NCBI GenBank assembly: GCA_963806225.1
Contig: CAWDXG010000004.1
Span: 2,240,001 to 2,304,000, forward strand
DNA from: an uncultured delta proteobacterium
Lineage (GTDB): Bacteria > Myxococcota_A > Polyangia > Polyangiales > Polyangiaceae
DNA length: 64,000 nt
Direction of reading: 5' to 3'
Shown piece by piece: positions 35,174 through 45,557 of this stretch; the stretch's first letter is position 1, and every line of letters begins with the position of its first letter. The notes beneath the pieces were generated by a model. The model did not search any database, had not been told where the DNA came from, and saw only the letters and a list, made by a program, of their open reading frames with translations. Both the position numbers and the translations under genes were made by a program.

Positions 35174-36073
35174 CTACCGACCCAGCATCGCCTCGGCCTC
35201 CTCCTGGCGCAGCGCGCCTGGGTAGTTGGCGAGATATTCACGGGCGAGTGCCTTGGCGCCCTCGGTGTCGCCACGACGCTGGCGGGCGACGGCGCGCAGG
35301 AACGCGGCATCCTCGGCGCGCGAGTCGCCGGGATAGTGCTGCACGAAGTCGGCGAACAGATGCTCGGCACGACCGAAGTCGCCGGAGTTGAAGGCACTCA
35401 TCGCACCGGCGAAGTCCTTGCCGGCCGGCGGCGGGCGCGGCAACTGCACCGACGCTGCGTCCGGGATCCGGGCTACCGCCTCGTGCCGCAGCGCCGATGC
35501 GTGCCGTGACGGAGCGTGCCGCACGTGCAGCGCGCTGTTTTGCATGGGATGGGCGCCCGGCTCCGGAACCCGGGCGACGACGGCGGGCGGCGCAGCCGAA
35601 GTCACCGGCTGCGTAGGCGCGGCGGAGGGCTCCCTGGCCGCCGCCGCGCGTGCCGGCCGGCCGACGGCCCGAGGAGCGACGGGCGCTGGCACATGCAGCG
35701 CCGTGTGCGCGGGCGGAACTGGCGGCGCCGGAGGACGCAGCAGGTAGGCACCGCCGGCGGCCATCGCAGTCGTGGCGGCGAGCACCACGGCTGCACCGAG
35801 CGCCCTGCGCGACACGCGCGGCGGCGGTTCGAGCGTCAACTCGTTGGCCTTCCGGAGCAGGGACTGGCGCTGTCGCCGGTGTTCGAGTGGGGACGTTTCG
35901 AGCTGGGGAAGCTCCAACGAAAGCTCGCGCAGCTCGCGCAGGCGTTCAAGCTCCACTTTGCAGACGCGACAGGTCGCGGCGTGACGCCGGAACGAGGCGA
36001 GCTCGCTACCGCCGAGCCGTCCGTCCTCGGTGGCTTCAACCTGCCAGAGCCTGGAGCACGCCGGCTGCTTCAT
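35174..36073 (-). CDS. Putative anti-sigma factor (zf-HC2, TM helix, Pro-rich linker, C-terminal TPR-like)
   Basis: HAATCRVC motif; hydrophobic helix; C-terminal YLANYPGA; coupled to the ECF sigma gene. Confidence 0.75.
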   Translation of the reverse strand: MKQPACSRLWQVEATEDGRLGGSELASFRRHAATCRVCKVELERLRELRELSLELPQLETSPLEHRRQRQSLLRKANELTLEPPPRVSRRALGAAVVLAATTAMAAGGAYLLRPPAPPVPPAHTALHVPAPVAPRAVGRPARAAAAREPSAAPTQPVTSAAPPAVVARVPEPGAHPMQNSALHVRHAPSRHASALRHEAVARIPDAASVQLPRPPPAGKDFAGAMSAFNSGDFGRAEHLFADFVQHYPGDSRAEDAAFLRAVARQRRGDTEGAKALAREYLANYPGALRQEEAEAMLGR

Positions 36074-36645
36074 CCTGTCCCCCCTTCAAGTGCCGAGCGC
36101 AGCTCGCGCCGCGCATGGTGCAGCCGCGTCCACACGGTGTTGACCGGAATCCCGAGCGCGCGTGCGGCCTCCTCGCCGCTGAAGCCCTCGACGACAACCA
36201 GCGTGAAGACCTCGCGTTTCTTTGTGGAAAGCTCATTGAAAGCCAGCTCGAAGCGCCGGCCCGTCTCGTTCGACTCGAAACTCTCCGCCGGGGTCTCGGG
36301 CGCCTCGTCGCGCGCCTGGCTCGCCCATTTTGCCAGGCGCGCGAGGGTCCGCGATACGGAGCGGCGGTGACGGCGCACCATCATGGTCGCAATGCCGAAG
36401 AGCCAGCTCCGCGTAGCGCGTTCGGGGTCGAAGCGCTTGGCGGCGCGCACCACCTCCAGGAACGTGGCCTGCACCAGATCGTCAACGTCCTCGCGAGAAA
36501 TGCCGAGCCGACCGAGGTAGCGCCGCACATCCAGCTGGTAGCGATCGAAGATCGTGCCGAGGGCTTCCAGGTCGCCCGCGGCCACCGCTTCCAGCAACTC
36601 GGCGTCGCTGACTGCAAGGGAGGCGAGACGCGGCGCCGCACTCAT
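36070..36645 (-). CDS. ECF RNA polymerase sigma factor
   Basis: DDLVQATFL, SWLFGIA, EAARALGIPVNTVWTRLHHAR. Confidence 0.92.
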   Translation of the reverse strand: MSAAPRLASLAVSDAELLEAVAAGDLEALGTIFDRYQLDVRRYLGRLGISREDVDDLVQATFLEVVRAAKRFDPERATRSWLFGIATMMVRRHRRSVSRTLARLAKWASQARDEAPETPAESFESNETGRRFELAFNELSTKKREVFTLVVVEGFSGEEAARALGIPVNTVWTRLHHARRELRSALEGGTG

Positions 36646-37592
36646 GGCCTTCCGAGCTCCAATCCGACGGTGAACGTAGTGGCCCACCACGGCATCAGGG
36701 GCTCCCCGGCGGTGTTCTCCGGTGTCCGCCCAACGTGGTTCGGCACGATCTCGCCCACGAGCCGCGCGCGCAGGTGCGTGAAACCCCGGCGCGGAACCAC
36801 GGCGCCGACGTAGGCACCGACCCGCCCCTCGGCGACACCTTGAGTCGGGTTGTGCTCGGCGGTCTCCTCGTCGAGCGCGGCCATGCCGAGGCTGGCTCCG
36901 CCGAGTAGGGACAGCGCGCTGCCGAGCGGTTCGCGGCGGCCGACCGCGATGCCGGCAGCGAGTCCCGAAGCGCGCTTCCCCGCTGCCACCTCGTCCCCCA
37001 GCTCGTGGTAGCCGCTTTCCCACTGACCGAGGACGCCGATCTCCCAGTGCTCGAGCGACAGGGAGCCGAACGCGTCGAACACGGGGCTCACCAGAGCATG
37101 AGTGCCGAGGCGCGCGCCGACGGAAGCGCCGAAGTGCACCGCCGAGTGTTCTTCCGGCGGAGACGCCGCCGGCTTGTGCGGCTCGGGGGTGCGATCGCCG
37201 GCCACCAGCGGGGCCGCGGGCGCTGCCGGTGCGACCGCGGGGGATTCGGGCGAGTGGGGTGCTTCGACGTGACCCGTCACGCGCAGAGCTTCAAGCGTGG
37301 GCCCGAGCTCGTCCGGGCCCGCGAGCTTTCGTACAGCGCGCCGGCCGTCGCGGGTGGTGAAAACAAGGCGCGCCCCGCTTTCGCGGACCTCCACCACGAC
37401 AGTCGCGCAGTCGCCCACTGCCGGATGCTCGGCGAGCTGGGTGGATGCGTCCCGCGCCGCCTGATCCCAGACGGGATGGCCAGGCGGCACGACCCGCACG
37501 TCGCATCGTGCGCTGGCGGCGTGTGCCGTCGCCGCCGACAGCCCGGCAGCGAGCAGCGCAGCAAGAGCGGCGGGATGGGCGGGCTGGCGCAT
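36642..37592 (-). CDS. Secreted/outer membrane hypothetical protein associated with the ECF module
   Basis: Signal peptide ending AHA; Pro-rich linker; Gly/aromatic beta-strand-like C-terminal half; stop overlaps the sigma start. Confidence 0.65.
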   Translation of the reverse strand: MRQPAHPAALAALLAAGLSAATAHAASARCDVRVVPPGHPVWDQAARDASTQLAEHPAVGDCATVVVEVRESGARLVFTTRDGRRAVRKLAGPDELGPTLEALRVTGHVEAPHSPESPAVAPAAPAAPLVAGDRTPEPHKPAASPPEEHSAVHFGASVGARLGTHALVSPVFDAFGSLSLEHWEIGVLGQWESGYHELGDEVAAGKRASGLAAGIAVGRREPLGSALSLLGGASLGMAALDEETAEHNPTQGVAEGRVGAYVGAVVPRRGFTHLRARLVGEIVPNHVGRTPENTAGEPLMPWWATTFTVGLELGRP

Positions 37593-37829
37593 GCGGTGGG
37601 ACACGGGCTCTACGGCTATCCGCTGCCCGGAGGCCGGATCTTCAAGAAAAACACGGTGCCGATTCAAGCTGAAGGTTGTCCGGCCCGGCGGTGGATACGC
37701 ACAGGGCCCTGGCTCGTAGAGCTAGCCCTACGCCCCCCTTTGCGCAAACGCAGGCGTGCCTACCGGCCGGAACGCGCCCGTCCCCATCCCACGATTTTCA
37801 TTGTTCTTTCTGCTGCTGGAGGCCCCAGA

Positions 37830-38384
37830 ATGCGTTCCCTCGCCCGATCGACGTTGCCCACCGCCACCGTCGCGCTCGGCTTGACCACCGCGGTCGTCGC
37901 CGGAGCCGCCCTGATGAAGACCGGCAGCTCCAGGGTGGAGTTCCGGGCGAAGGGCCCCGTGGGAATGACGATCATCGGCAAGACCTCCGACCTGGAGATC
38001 GCCGACGACGAGAAAACCCTGGTGGTGAAGGTGCCGCTCCAGCACCTGAAGACCGGCATCGGCCTGCGCGACCGTCACATGAAGGAAAAGTACCTCCAGG
38101 TAGACCGCTACCCGGACGCGCGGCTCTCGGTCACTCACTCGGCGCTCCGGTTTCCGGCCAAGGGCGCAACGCTGAAGGGCAACGCCATCGGCCGGCTCAC
38201 CCTCCATGGCGTCGGGCGCAACGTCCACTTCCGCTACAAGGCCAGGAACACAGGGAGCGTCTACCGCGTCGAGGGTCTCCTGCACGTCAACATGCACGAC
38301 TACGGCATCCATGTGCCGAGCTATCTCGGCGTCACGGTGAAGCCCGACGTGGACGTGAAGGTCGAGTTCCAGCTCAAGCAGTAG
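37830..38384 (+). CDS. YceI family protein
   Basis: Signal peptide; LKTGIGLRDRHM..YL..YP; GRLTLHGV; DYGI. Confidence 0.88.
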   Translation: MRSLARSTLPTATVALGLTTAVVAGAALMKTGSSRVEFRAKGPVGMTIIGKTSDLEIADDEKTLVVKVPLQHLKTGIGLRDRHMKEKYLQVDRYPDARLSVTHSALRFPAKGATLKGNAIGRLTLHGVGRNVHFRYKARNTGSVYRVEGLLHVNMHDYGIHVPSYLGVTVKPDVDVKVEFQLKQ

Positions 38385-38415
38385 CGCCACGCGTACCGCG
38401 GAGCGGCGGCGGGCG

Positions 38416-39300
38416 TCACGGCGACTGTACGTGGCCCTCCGCCGCGTCGTCGTAGAAGCGGCGGGTCGGATAGGCGAATGCGATGCGGGGCTCGGCGGCG
38501 AAGGCGTCGAGCACGTCGTGCCAGATGGCGCGCTCGGAGGCCCGGCGCTCTCGCGGATCGCACAGGTAGCGCATCGACAGTCGTACGCTTTCGCGGGTCA
38601 CGCTCAGCCACACGTTGGGCTCGAGGTCACGGAAGAAGCGCAGGTAGTTGGCGTCGCTCGCGTCGGGATGGCGCAATGCTTCGTCTTTGGGGTCGGTGGC
38701 GTGACGCTTGAGGATGCCGAGCAGGATCTCCTCGGCGCGCTTCCAGTCGCTCTCGTAGGTGATGTGCACCTCGAGCTCGTGCCAGATATGACGGAACGCC
38801 TGCATGTAGTTCGCGACCGGTTGGCTGAAGACGACGCTGTTCGGCACGTGCACGGCTCGCCCGGTGGCCTGGTCGCCCTCGATCCAGTTCCCGATTTCGA
38901 GCACCGTGAACATCATCAGCCGGATGTCGACGACGTCGCCCGCCAGCGTGCCGACCTGGATGCGGTCGCCGACGCGCAGCGGCTGCCGCACCAGGATGAA
39001 CAACCATCCGGCGACGTTCGCCACCGGCTCCTTGAGCGCCAGCACCAGGCCGGCCGCCGTGAGCCCGAGCAGCGTCCCGATGTTGATCGAGCGGATCCAT
39101 ATCTTGGCGATCGCCGCCAGCGTGATGATCGCCAGGATGTAGTCGATGGTCTTGACCAGAAAGCCGCGCGAGGCGTGGTCGTTCACGCGTCGCGCCACGA
39201 GCCGCACCAGCACACCGAGCGCCACCGCCACCGCGATGGCAGCCAGCGTGGCCGCGACGTCCGTTCCCATCGCACCCCGCAGCCACTCGAGCCAGGTCAT
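38416..39300 (-). CDS. mscS: Small-conductance mechanosensitive channel
   Basis: ALKEPVANVAGW..PLRVGDRIQVG..GDVVDI; VPNS; IAFAYPT. Confidence 0.88.
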   Translation of the reverse strand: MTWLEWLRGAMGTDVAATLAAIAVAVALGVLVRLVARRVNDHASRGFLVKTIDYILAIITLAAIAKIWIRSINIGTLLGLTAAGLVLALKEPVANVAGWLFILVRQPLRVGDRIQVGTLAGDVVDIRLMMFTVLEIGNWIEGDQATGRAVHVPNSVVFSQPVANYMQAFRHIWHELEVHITYESDWKRAEEILLGILKRHATDPKDEALRHPDASDANYLRFFRDLEPNVWLSVTRESVRLSMRYLCDPRERRASERAIWHDVLDAFAAEPRIAFAYPTRRFYDDAAEGHVQSP

Positions 39301-39362
39301 GCTCCCCACGGACCAATCTGGGGATTGGACGCCGCGCGTGCAACTCGCGCCGAGGAAACGCG

Positions 39363-39776
39363 TTGCCATTCGCGCAGAACGGCGTCGCAGACCCGCTCAG
39401 GGACGCAGCTCTTGCGGGGTCTTCACCAGGGATCGATGGGTTGGAACGGCGCAACTTCACGCTCGTGGGCCCGTTCATCGACTGGTACTTCAACGAGCAC
39501 CGCGGCCTGCATGTCCAGCTCGCGCTCGGCTTCGCCACGCTCAGCGCCGTCCGCGTCGGGTCCGTCCCGTGGCAGGAGGACGACCCGTACAACGCGGCCG
39601 GGGGCGCCATCATGCTCGGCCTCGGCTACGAGTGGTGGGTTGGAGAGGATTGGAGCATCGGCGCGCTGGCACGCCTCACCGCCGCCTATCTCGTCGGCAA
39701 GGACGACGCCGGCGTCCGCTGGTATCACGGCCTGGGAATGGGCCCGTCACCGATGTTCACGATCACGTATCACTAG
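39363..39776 (+). pseudogene. C-terminal fragment of an outer-membrane beta-barrel protein
   Basis: GPFIDWYF..GLHVQ..LGLGYEWWVGEDWSIG..TITYH strands; no signal peptide or convincing start. Confidence 0.5.
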
Positions 39777-40689
39777 AGCTCTTGTCGATCCGGACATCGA
39801 GCGGCGCGACGCCCACGATCTCGTAGGTTGCCGACGCCATGCCCACCTTGGCGCGGTTTGCGTCGAAGTCGTCCAGGATTCGCATGAAAAGCTGATCCTT
39901 GACGCTGCGGCGCTTCGTGTACGGGATGACGTAGCGCAGCGTGAATTCGATCCAGTTGTCGTTCGCCACCAGGGTGACCATCGGATCGACCTGCGCGTGC
40001 TCGAGCTTGTAGCGGCCGGTGATACGGGTCCAGGTTTCCCTTGCCGGCTCGACGAAACTTCCGCAGACGTCCGCTACGGCGCGTTCGAGCAACTCGCGCG
40101 CAAGCTTGTGATCGCTGCCGTACTTGACCGGGATGCGCACCTCTTCCCACAGGAAGTTGAAGTCTGCGGAGTAGTTGTACACGGGGGCCTTGAACACGAA
40201 GCTATTCGCCACGCGCACGATGCGTCCGTTGTACAGATCGCCGTGCACCCAGTCCCCCGTCTCCATCAGCGTGCTGCGCAGGACGCCGATATCGACCACA
40301 TCGCCCTTGATGCCGCCGAGCTGAACGCGGTCCCCCACCTCGAAGAAGCGTCCGAACAGGATCGCGATGCGACCGGCAATGCTCGCGATCACCTCCTGCA
40401 GGGCAAACGCCACGCCGGCGCCCACCACCCCGAGCGAGAGCGCCACGCCGCCAAGGCGATCACTGAAGATCGCCAGTAGCACCAGCGCCATGAGCACCCA
40501 ACCGATTCGACCGATGGTCTTCTCGGCGCGATAGCGTAGCGCCGGCTCCTGGATGCGGTCGCGGATCAAGCGCCGGAAACCGCGCATCGCCAGCACCGCG
40601 AGCAGCAGCACGACCAGCGCGGTCAGCCCGCGCGCCGCCAGCGGGCCCCACAGACCGTGCAGCGCCTTCATCCAACGTTCGGTGGACAC
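39763..40689 (-). CDS. mscS: Small-conductance mechanosensitive channel
   Basis: GVAFALQEVIASIAG..FEVGDRVQLGGIKGDVVDIG; VYNYS. Confidence 0.9.
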   Translation of the reverse strand: MSTERWMKALHGLWGPLAARGLTALVVLLLAVLAMRGFRRLIRDRIQEPALRYRAEKTIGRIGWVLMALVLLAIFSDRLGGVALSLGVVGAGVAFALQEVIASIAGRIAILFGRFFEVGDRVQLGGIKGDVVDIGVLRSTLMETGDWVHGDLYNGRIVRVANSFVFKAPVYNYSADFNFLWEEVRIPVKYGSDHKLARELLERAVADVCGSFVEPARETWTRITGRYKLEHAQVDPMVTLVANDNWIEFTLRYVIPYTKRRSVKDQLFMRILDDFDANRAKVGMASATYEIVGVAPLDVRIDKSSSDT

Positions 40690-40756
40690 GACGGCAGCCT
40701 AGCGCGCTCTCCGTCGGCGGAGTGGTACATTCCGCGTCCTATCTGGAGGTCGACCC

Positions 40757-42277
40757 ATGGAAGCGTACTTGACGAGCACCATCGGCAGGCTGCTCGGGCG
40801 TAGCGCGCGGCGCACGCCACGGCGTCACGCCCTGACGTTCGGCGAACGGACGTGGACCTACGCCGAGCTCGACCAGGCGAGCGAACGTGTGGCGGCGTCG
40901 CTGCTCGGACTCGGGCTGGAGAAGGGGGATCGCGTGGCAGCGTTCGGGAAGAACTCGGACGCATACGCGCTGCTCTGGCTCGGCTCCGCCAAGGCAGGAC
41001 TCATCCACGTACCGATCAACTACGCCCTGGGCGGCGAGGAGCTGCGCTATCTCGTCGAGCAGTCCGGTAGCCGGGCCCTCTTCTACGATCCGGCGCTTGC
41101 CAGCAAGGTTGGCGAGGCGGGGCTGGAGCTCGAGCTCACGGGCACGCTGCGCGATGGCAGCTCCGGAGGAGACGTTCTGGCAATGGCGCGCGATGCGTCG
41201 GCGCCGGCGCTCCAGTCCGACGTGAGCGACGGCGACGTGGCACAGCTTCTGTACACGTCCGGCACCACTGCGGCGCCGAAGGGCGCCATCATGACGCACC
41301 GGGCACTCCTCCACGAGTACACGAGCGCGGCGCTGGCACAGGATCTGACGCCGCGCGACCGCGTGCTGCACGCGTTGCCGCTCTATCATAGCGCGCAGAT
41401 GCACGTGTACCTGATGCCCGGGCTGATGCTCGGCTGCGAGAACTGGTTGATGGAGGCGCCGGAGCCCGCGCGCGTGCTCGACCAGATCGTCGAGCACCGC
41501 ATCAATGTCTTCTTTGCGCCGCCCACGGTCTGGATCGCGCTCTTGACGCTGCTGGAACAGGACGCGTCGCGCGCGCGAACACTGACCAAGGCGTACTACG
41601 GCGCCTCGATCATGCCGGTGCCGGTGCTGCAGCGCCTGCGCAAGCTGTTCCCGGCGCTCGGCTTCTACAACTGCTTCGGACAGTCCGAGATCGGGCCGCT
41701 GGCGACGGTGCTGCGCCCCGAAGAGCACGAGGCGCGGCCGGCATCGGCCGGGCGTGCCATCCCGTTCGTGGACATGCGCGTGGTCGACGACGACATGCAG
41801 GACGTGGCCCCGGGCGAGGTCGGAGAGGTCGTCTACCAGTCGCCGCAGCTCTGCCTCGGCTACTGGGACAAGCCGGACGAAACCGAAGCGGCGTTCCAGG
41901 GCGGCTGGTTCCACTCGGGAGACCTCGCGCGCATCGACGAGGAAGGCTACATCACCATCGTCGATCGCAAGAAGGACATCATCAAGACGGGCGGCGTCGT
42001 GGTCGCGTCGCGCGAGGTGGAAGAGACGCTGTTCAAGCACGAGGCCGTGCAGGAGGTCGCCGTGATTCCCCTGCCCGACCCGAAGTGGATCGAGGCAGTG
42101 ACCGCCGTGATCGTGCTCAAGGCCGGCGCGAAGGCAACCGAGCAGGAGTTGGTCGAGCACGCGAAGAAGTCGCTCGCGCCCTTCAAGGTCCCCAAGCGCG
42201 TCATCTTTGTGGACGAGCTGCCGCGCAACGCCTCGGGCAAACTGCTCAAGCGGGTGTTGCGCGACCAGTTCGGCTAG
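40757..42277 (+). CDS. Acyl-CoA synthetase (AMP-forming, long-chain fatty acid CoA ligase family)
   Basis: YTSGTTAAPKG, FGQSE, WFHSGD, DRKKD, PRNASGK; GGAGG RBS. Confidence 0.92.
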   Translation: MEAYLTSTIGRLLGRSARRTPRRHALTFGERTWTYAELDQASERVAASLLGLGLEKGDRVAAFGKNSDAYALLWLGSAKAGLIHVPINYALGGEELRYLVEQSGSRALFYDPALASKVGEAGLELELTGTLRDGSSGGDVLAMARDASAPALQSDVSDGDVAQLLYTSGTTAAPKGAIMTHRALLHEYTSAALAQDLTPRDRVLHALPLYHSAQMHVYLMPGLMLGCENWLMEAPEPARVLDQIVEHRINVFFAPPTVWIALLTLLEQDASRARTLTKAYYGASIMPVPVLQRLRKLFPALGFYNCFGQSEIGPLATVLRPEEHEARPASAGRAIPFVDMRVVDDDMQDVAPGEVGEVVYQSPQLCLGYWDKPDETEAAFQGGWFHSGDLARIDEEGYITIVDRKKDIIKTGGVVVASREVEETLFKHEAVQEVAVIPLPDPKWIEAVTAVIVLKAGAKATEQELVEHAKKSLAPFKVPKRVIFVDELPRNASGKLLKRVLRDQFG

Positions 42278-43188
42278 TGCCCGTGGCCGTGCGCGTGCTC
42301 GGTCGGCTTCGGCCAGGGCAGCGTCGACATGATCACGCCGGTGGCCAGCGTCGCCGCGAAGATCAGGGCGAGCGGCAGCCAGAATCCCCCGAAGCTCGCG
42401 AGCAACGCCAGACTCCGCTGGAACAACAGAGCCACGACCACGGTGTCGAGCACCGCCACGGTAGCGGTGAACGCAAACGCCGTCGGCAGCGGATCGCGTG
42501 CACCGCGCGGGTGGAAGTAGCGCGACGCGACGGTCGCGAAGATCATCGGGGCCAGAACCGCGTGCGCGACGACGGCCGCAGCGGTACTGGTGATCGCGAG
42601 CAGCAGCGCCATCACCGCGGCGCACAGCGCCCAGCCGATGACACCGAAACCGAAGAGACGCGCGAGCGACCCGCCGCGCTGCTCGATCAGCAGCCCGGGA
42701 CTCGCTGTCGGCAGCGCTTCGGCCAGCCAGACAGCCCAGGAGCGGATGCGGTCGGGATCCCGCCAATCGCCCGCGTGCTCCTTCGCCATGGCAGCAACCG
42801 GGAAGCCCTGCGCGTCGGCTTCGAGCCGGCCGCCGAACGTCTCGTGCCCCCGCGCGCCCACGCGCTGCATCAGCGTCTCCACCTGGCGGGTCGGTTCAAT
42901 CACGTCACGCGCAGCCGAGTCGTCGAGCGGACCGCTCGAGAAGAACCACACCGGCACATGCGCCAGTTCGCGCGCGCGACGATTCACGAAGCGACGCGCG
43001 TCCCGGTGCCAGCGGTTGCCGTACAACGCTCCGCCGACGATCACCGCGTCGAAGCCGCTGGCGCGGAGCGCCCGCCGCGCCGGCAGCAGGTCCACGTCCA
43101 GGCCGCGCGCCTCGAGCGTCTCGCCGATGATGCGGGCGATGCCCTCGGTTCCTCCTCGCTTCGAGCCCCAGGTGACGAGCACACGCAT
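42274..43188 (-). CDS. HemG-like flavodoxin domain protein with C-terminal four-TM domain
   Basis: MRVLVTWGSKRGGT, GGALY, FSSGPL, FGGRL, GDWRD; hydrophobic tail; GGGAGG RBS. Confidence 0.82.
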   Translation of the reverse strand: MRVLVTWGSKRGGTEGIARIIGETLEARGLDVDLLPARRALRASGFDAVIVGGALYGNRWHRDARRFVNRRARELAHVPVWFFSSGPLDDSAARDVIEPTRQVETLMQRVGARGHETFGGRLEADAQGFPVAAMAKEHAGDWRDPDRIRSWAVWLAEALPTASPGLLIEQRGGSLARLFGFGVIGWALCAAVMALLLAITSTAAAVVAHAVLAPMIFATVASRYFHPRGARDPLPTAFAFTATVAVLDTVVVALLFQRSLALLASFGGFWLPLALIFAATLATGVIMSTLPWPKPTEHAHGHGH

Positions 43189-43213
43189 GGCAACCTCCCC
43201 TGCCGGAACAGGC

Positions 43214-43229
43214 TGCAAGAGCCATGCCC
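43214..43229 (-). promoter_or_regulatory. Putative sigma-54 promoter
   Basis: GGGCATGGCTCTTGCA (GG-N10-GC) about 25 bp upstream of the flavodoxin start. Confidence 0.55.
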
Positions 43230-43315
43230 CGGAGACGCACCGCGCTTGGGCGGCGGGGCTGCCAATCGCGCAGTCAGCGCGCGGCGACCAGCCGGGCGCG
43301 TGATACCTTCGCACC

Positions 43316-44449
43316 ATGACCGCCGCGGCCGCGACGCTGACCGAGCCCGCACGGTCGGCGGGCGCCGTCGACCGCCGCGCGCGACTGGTCGAGTTCCTGC
43401 TCGTGGGCGGCGTGACGCTGGTCTTGTTTCCGCTCGGCTGGTTGCTCCGACGCGTCGTCGGGGCGGACGCCGCCGAGCTCGCTGTGGGGTTCATCTTCTT
43501 CCACGGCGCGCTCGTGATGAACGACCCACACTTTTCGGTCACGTACCTGCTCTTCTACAAGGATGCGCGACGCCGCGCGCTCGGCGAGGTCTTCAGTCCG
43601 GCGCAGCGGGCGCGCTACGTGTTCGCCGGGTTCGTCGTGCCGACCGCCCTGGCCGCATGGGCTGTCGCGGCAATTGCCACCGATTCGGCGCATGTGATGG
43701 GCCTGCTCATCCAGCTGATGTTCCTGCTCGTCGGCTGGCACTATGTGAAGCAGGGCTTCGGCGTGCTCACCGTCCTGTCGGCGCGGCGCGGGATCCGCTT
43801 CAGCGCGGTCGAGCGCCGCGTGCTGCTCGTGCACTGCTACGCGGGCTGGGCCTACGCCTGGGCGAGCCCGTTCGACCCTGGCAGGGAGGTCGAGGAGAAG
43901 GGCGTCGTCTACACGACACTGGCGCAGCCTTACGGGCTCGAACTGGCCGCCGGCGTCGTATTCGCGGCGAGCGCACTCGCGCTGCTGTGGGTGCTCGCCA
44001 AGAAGTGGCAGAACGAGCGCCGGCTTCCGTATGGGCCGCTCGGCGCGTTTCTCATCAGCATCTGGCTCTGGACGGTGTACTCCAGCGTCGATCCGCTGAT
44101 GGTGTACATGATCCCGGCGCTGCACTCGGTGCAGTACCTGTACTTCGTGGGGCTCCTGAAGCGGAACGAGGCGCGCGTGCAGGAAGGGCCGCCACTCTTC
44201 GGACGCCCCGTGAAGCTCAGACTCGCGTTGCTGGCCGCGTCGGCGCTGGGCCTCGGCTGGGTGCTGTTCCACGGCGCCCCGGCCTTTCTGGACGGAAACT
44301 TGGTGCTCGGCAGCGTCGGCGCGCCGGGCGGGCTTGGCGCCACGCCCTATTTCGCAGCTATCTTCGCCTTGCTGAACATCCACCACTACTTCATGGACAA
44401 CGTCATCTGGCGGCGTGAAAACCCGGAAACGCGCTACCTCCGGGCCTAG
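43316..44449 (+). CDS. Multi-pass membrane protein with conserved-looking His motifs
   Basis: About 9 TM segments; NDPHF, GWHYVKQ, HSVQY, NIHHYFMD. Confidence 0.75.
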   Translation: MTAAAATLTEPARSAGAVDRRARLVEFLLVGGVTLVLFPLGWLLRRVVGADAAELAVGFIFFHGALVMNDPHFSVTYLLFYKDARRRALGEVFSPAQRARYVFAGFVVPTALAAWAVAAIATDSAHVMGLLIQLMFLLVGWHYVKQGFGVLTVLSARRGIRFSAVERRVLLVHCYAGWAYAWASPFDPGREVEEKGVVYTTLAQPYGLELAAGVVFAASALALLWVLAKKWQNERRLPYGPLGAFLISIWLWTVYSSVDPLMVYMIPALHSVQYLYFVGLLKRNEARVQEGPPLFGRPVKLRLALLAASALGLGWVLFHGAPAFLDGNLVLGSVGAPGGLGATPYFAAIFALLNIHHYFMDNVIWRRENPETRYLRA

Positions 44450-45465
44450 CCTTCGACGCGCTCGATGCGCCCGTCCGCATGGCGGGCGAACCGCCCCTCT
44501 TCGCGCGCATGAACGGGGTCGTCGCTGGGCCACGGCCAACCGCCGAAGCCGGTCTCCCGATAGTCGAGCACGGCCTGCTGGATCTCCGCACGGCTGTTCA
44601 TCACGAACGGGCCGTACTGCACGATGGGCTCCTTGATCGGACGGCCCTGCAGAAGCAAGAGCTCGCACTCGCCGTCGCCTGCTTCGAGCCGGACGGGAAC
44701 GTCGGCCTGTAGCGCCGCGGCCACGTATTCTTTCACGGACCGCTCGGCGATCTTCATCGACGGCCCGGCGAAGAAGTAGAGCGTACGGCCGGTGCCGGAT
44801 TTCGCAGGAGGCATCGTCCACACGGCGCCAGGCTCCATGCGCACACACCAGATGGCCACATCCGCCTGCTCGCGCGACGCCCACGACGACGGCGGTGGCG
44901 CGAGCGGCTTCGCGTCGTCAAGCGCACCGGCGATGACCGTCACCTCGGTCTTTCGCCCGGCTTCATCGGTGAAGCTCCGACGCGGGATATCACCGTCCCA
45001 GAACATCGTGAAGTACGGGTCGACCAGCTTGTCCGACTTCGGCAGGTTGAGCCAGATCTGGAACAGCTCGAGCGGGTTCGGCTTGTCGCGCTCGACGAGC
45101 GGGAACATCTCCGAGTGCACGACGCCGCCGCCGGCCGTCAGCCACTGCACGTCGCCGCGGCCGTAGCGCGCCGCGGCGCCCAGCGAGTCGGAATGATCGA
45201 TGTAGCCGCGCCGGACGATGGTCACCGTCTCGAAGCCGCGGTGCGGATGCTGCGGGAAGCCCGGCACCACCTGCCCGTGGTACATACGCCAGCCGTCCTT
45301 GCCTTCGAAATCCTGTCCCAGGTTGCGACCGGACAGCGACGCGGCCGGACCCATCTGCTCGTTGGCCGCGGGGTAGGCGTCGTCGTGGTGCACGCAGAAC
45401 AGGAACGGGTCGCCCGTCGGCCACTGGAAGCCGAGGGGATGCACAACGAGAACCGGGGCGCTCAT
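44446..45465 (-). CDS. Pirin family protein
   Basis: DPFL, HPHRGFETVT, GVVHSE, QIWLNLP, YGPFVMN. Confidence 0.93.
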   Translation of the reverse strand: MSAPVLVVHPLGFQWPTGDPFLFCVHHDDAYPAANEQMGPAASLSGRNLGQDFEGKDGWRMYHGQVVPGFPQHPHRGFETVTIVRRGYIDHSDSLGAAARYGRGDVQWLTAGGGVVHSEMFPLVERDKPNPLELFQIWLNLPKSDKLVDPYFTMFWDGDIPRRSFTDEAGRKTEVTVIAGALDDAKPLAPPPSSWASREQADVAIWCVRMEPGAVWTMPPAKSGTGRTLYFFAGPSMKIAERSVKEYVAAALQADVPVRLEAGDGECELLLLQGRPIKEPIVQYGPFVMNSRAEIQQAVLDYRETGFGGWPWPSDDPVHAREEGRFARHADGRIERVEG

Positions 45466-45557
45466 GGCTACCGACTATAGCGCGCGCCAGGCGCCCGGTC
45501 CTGCGCCCGGCTCCCCCCCCCGCGGGGAGCACACCGGAGCACATCGCCGGCTAGGTC

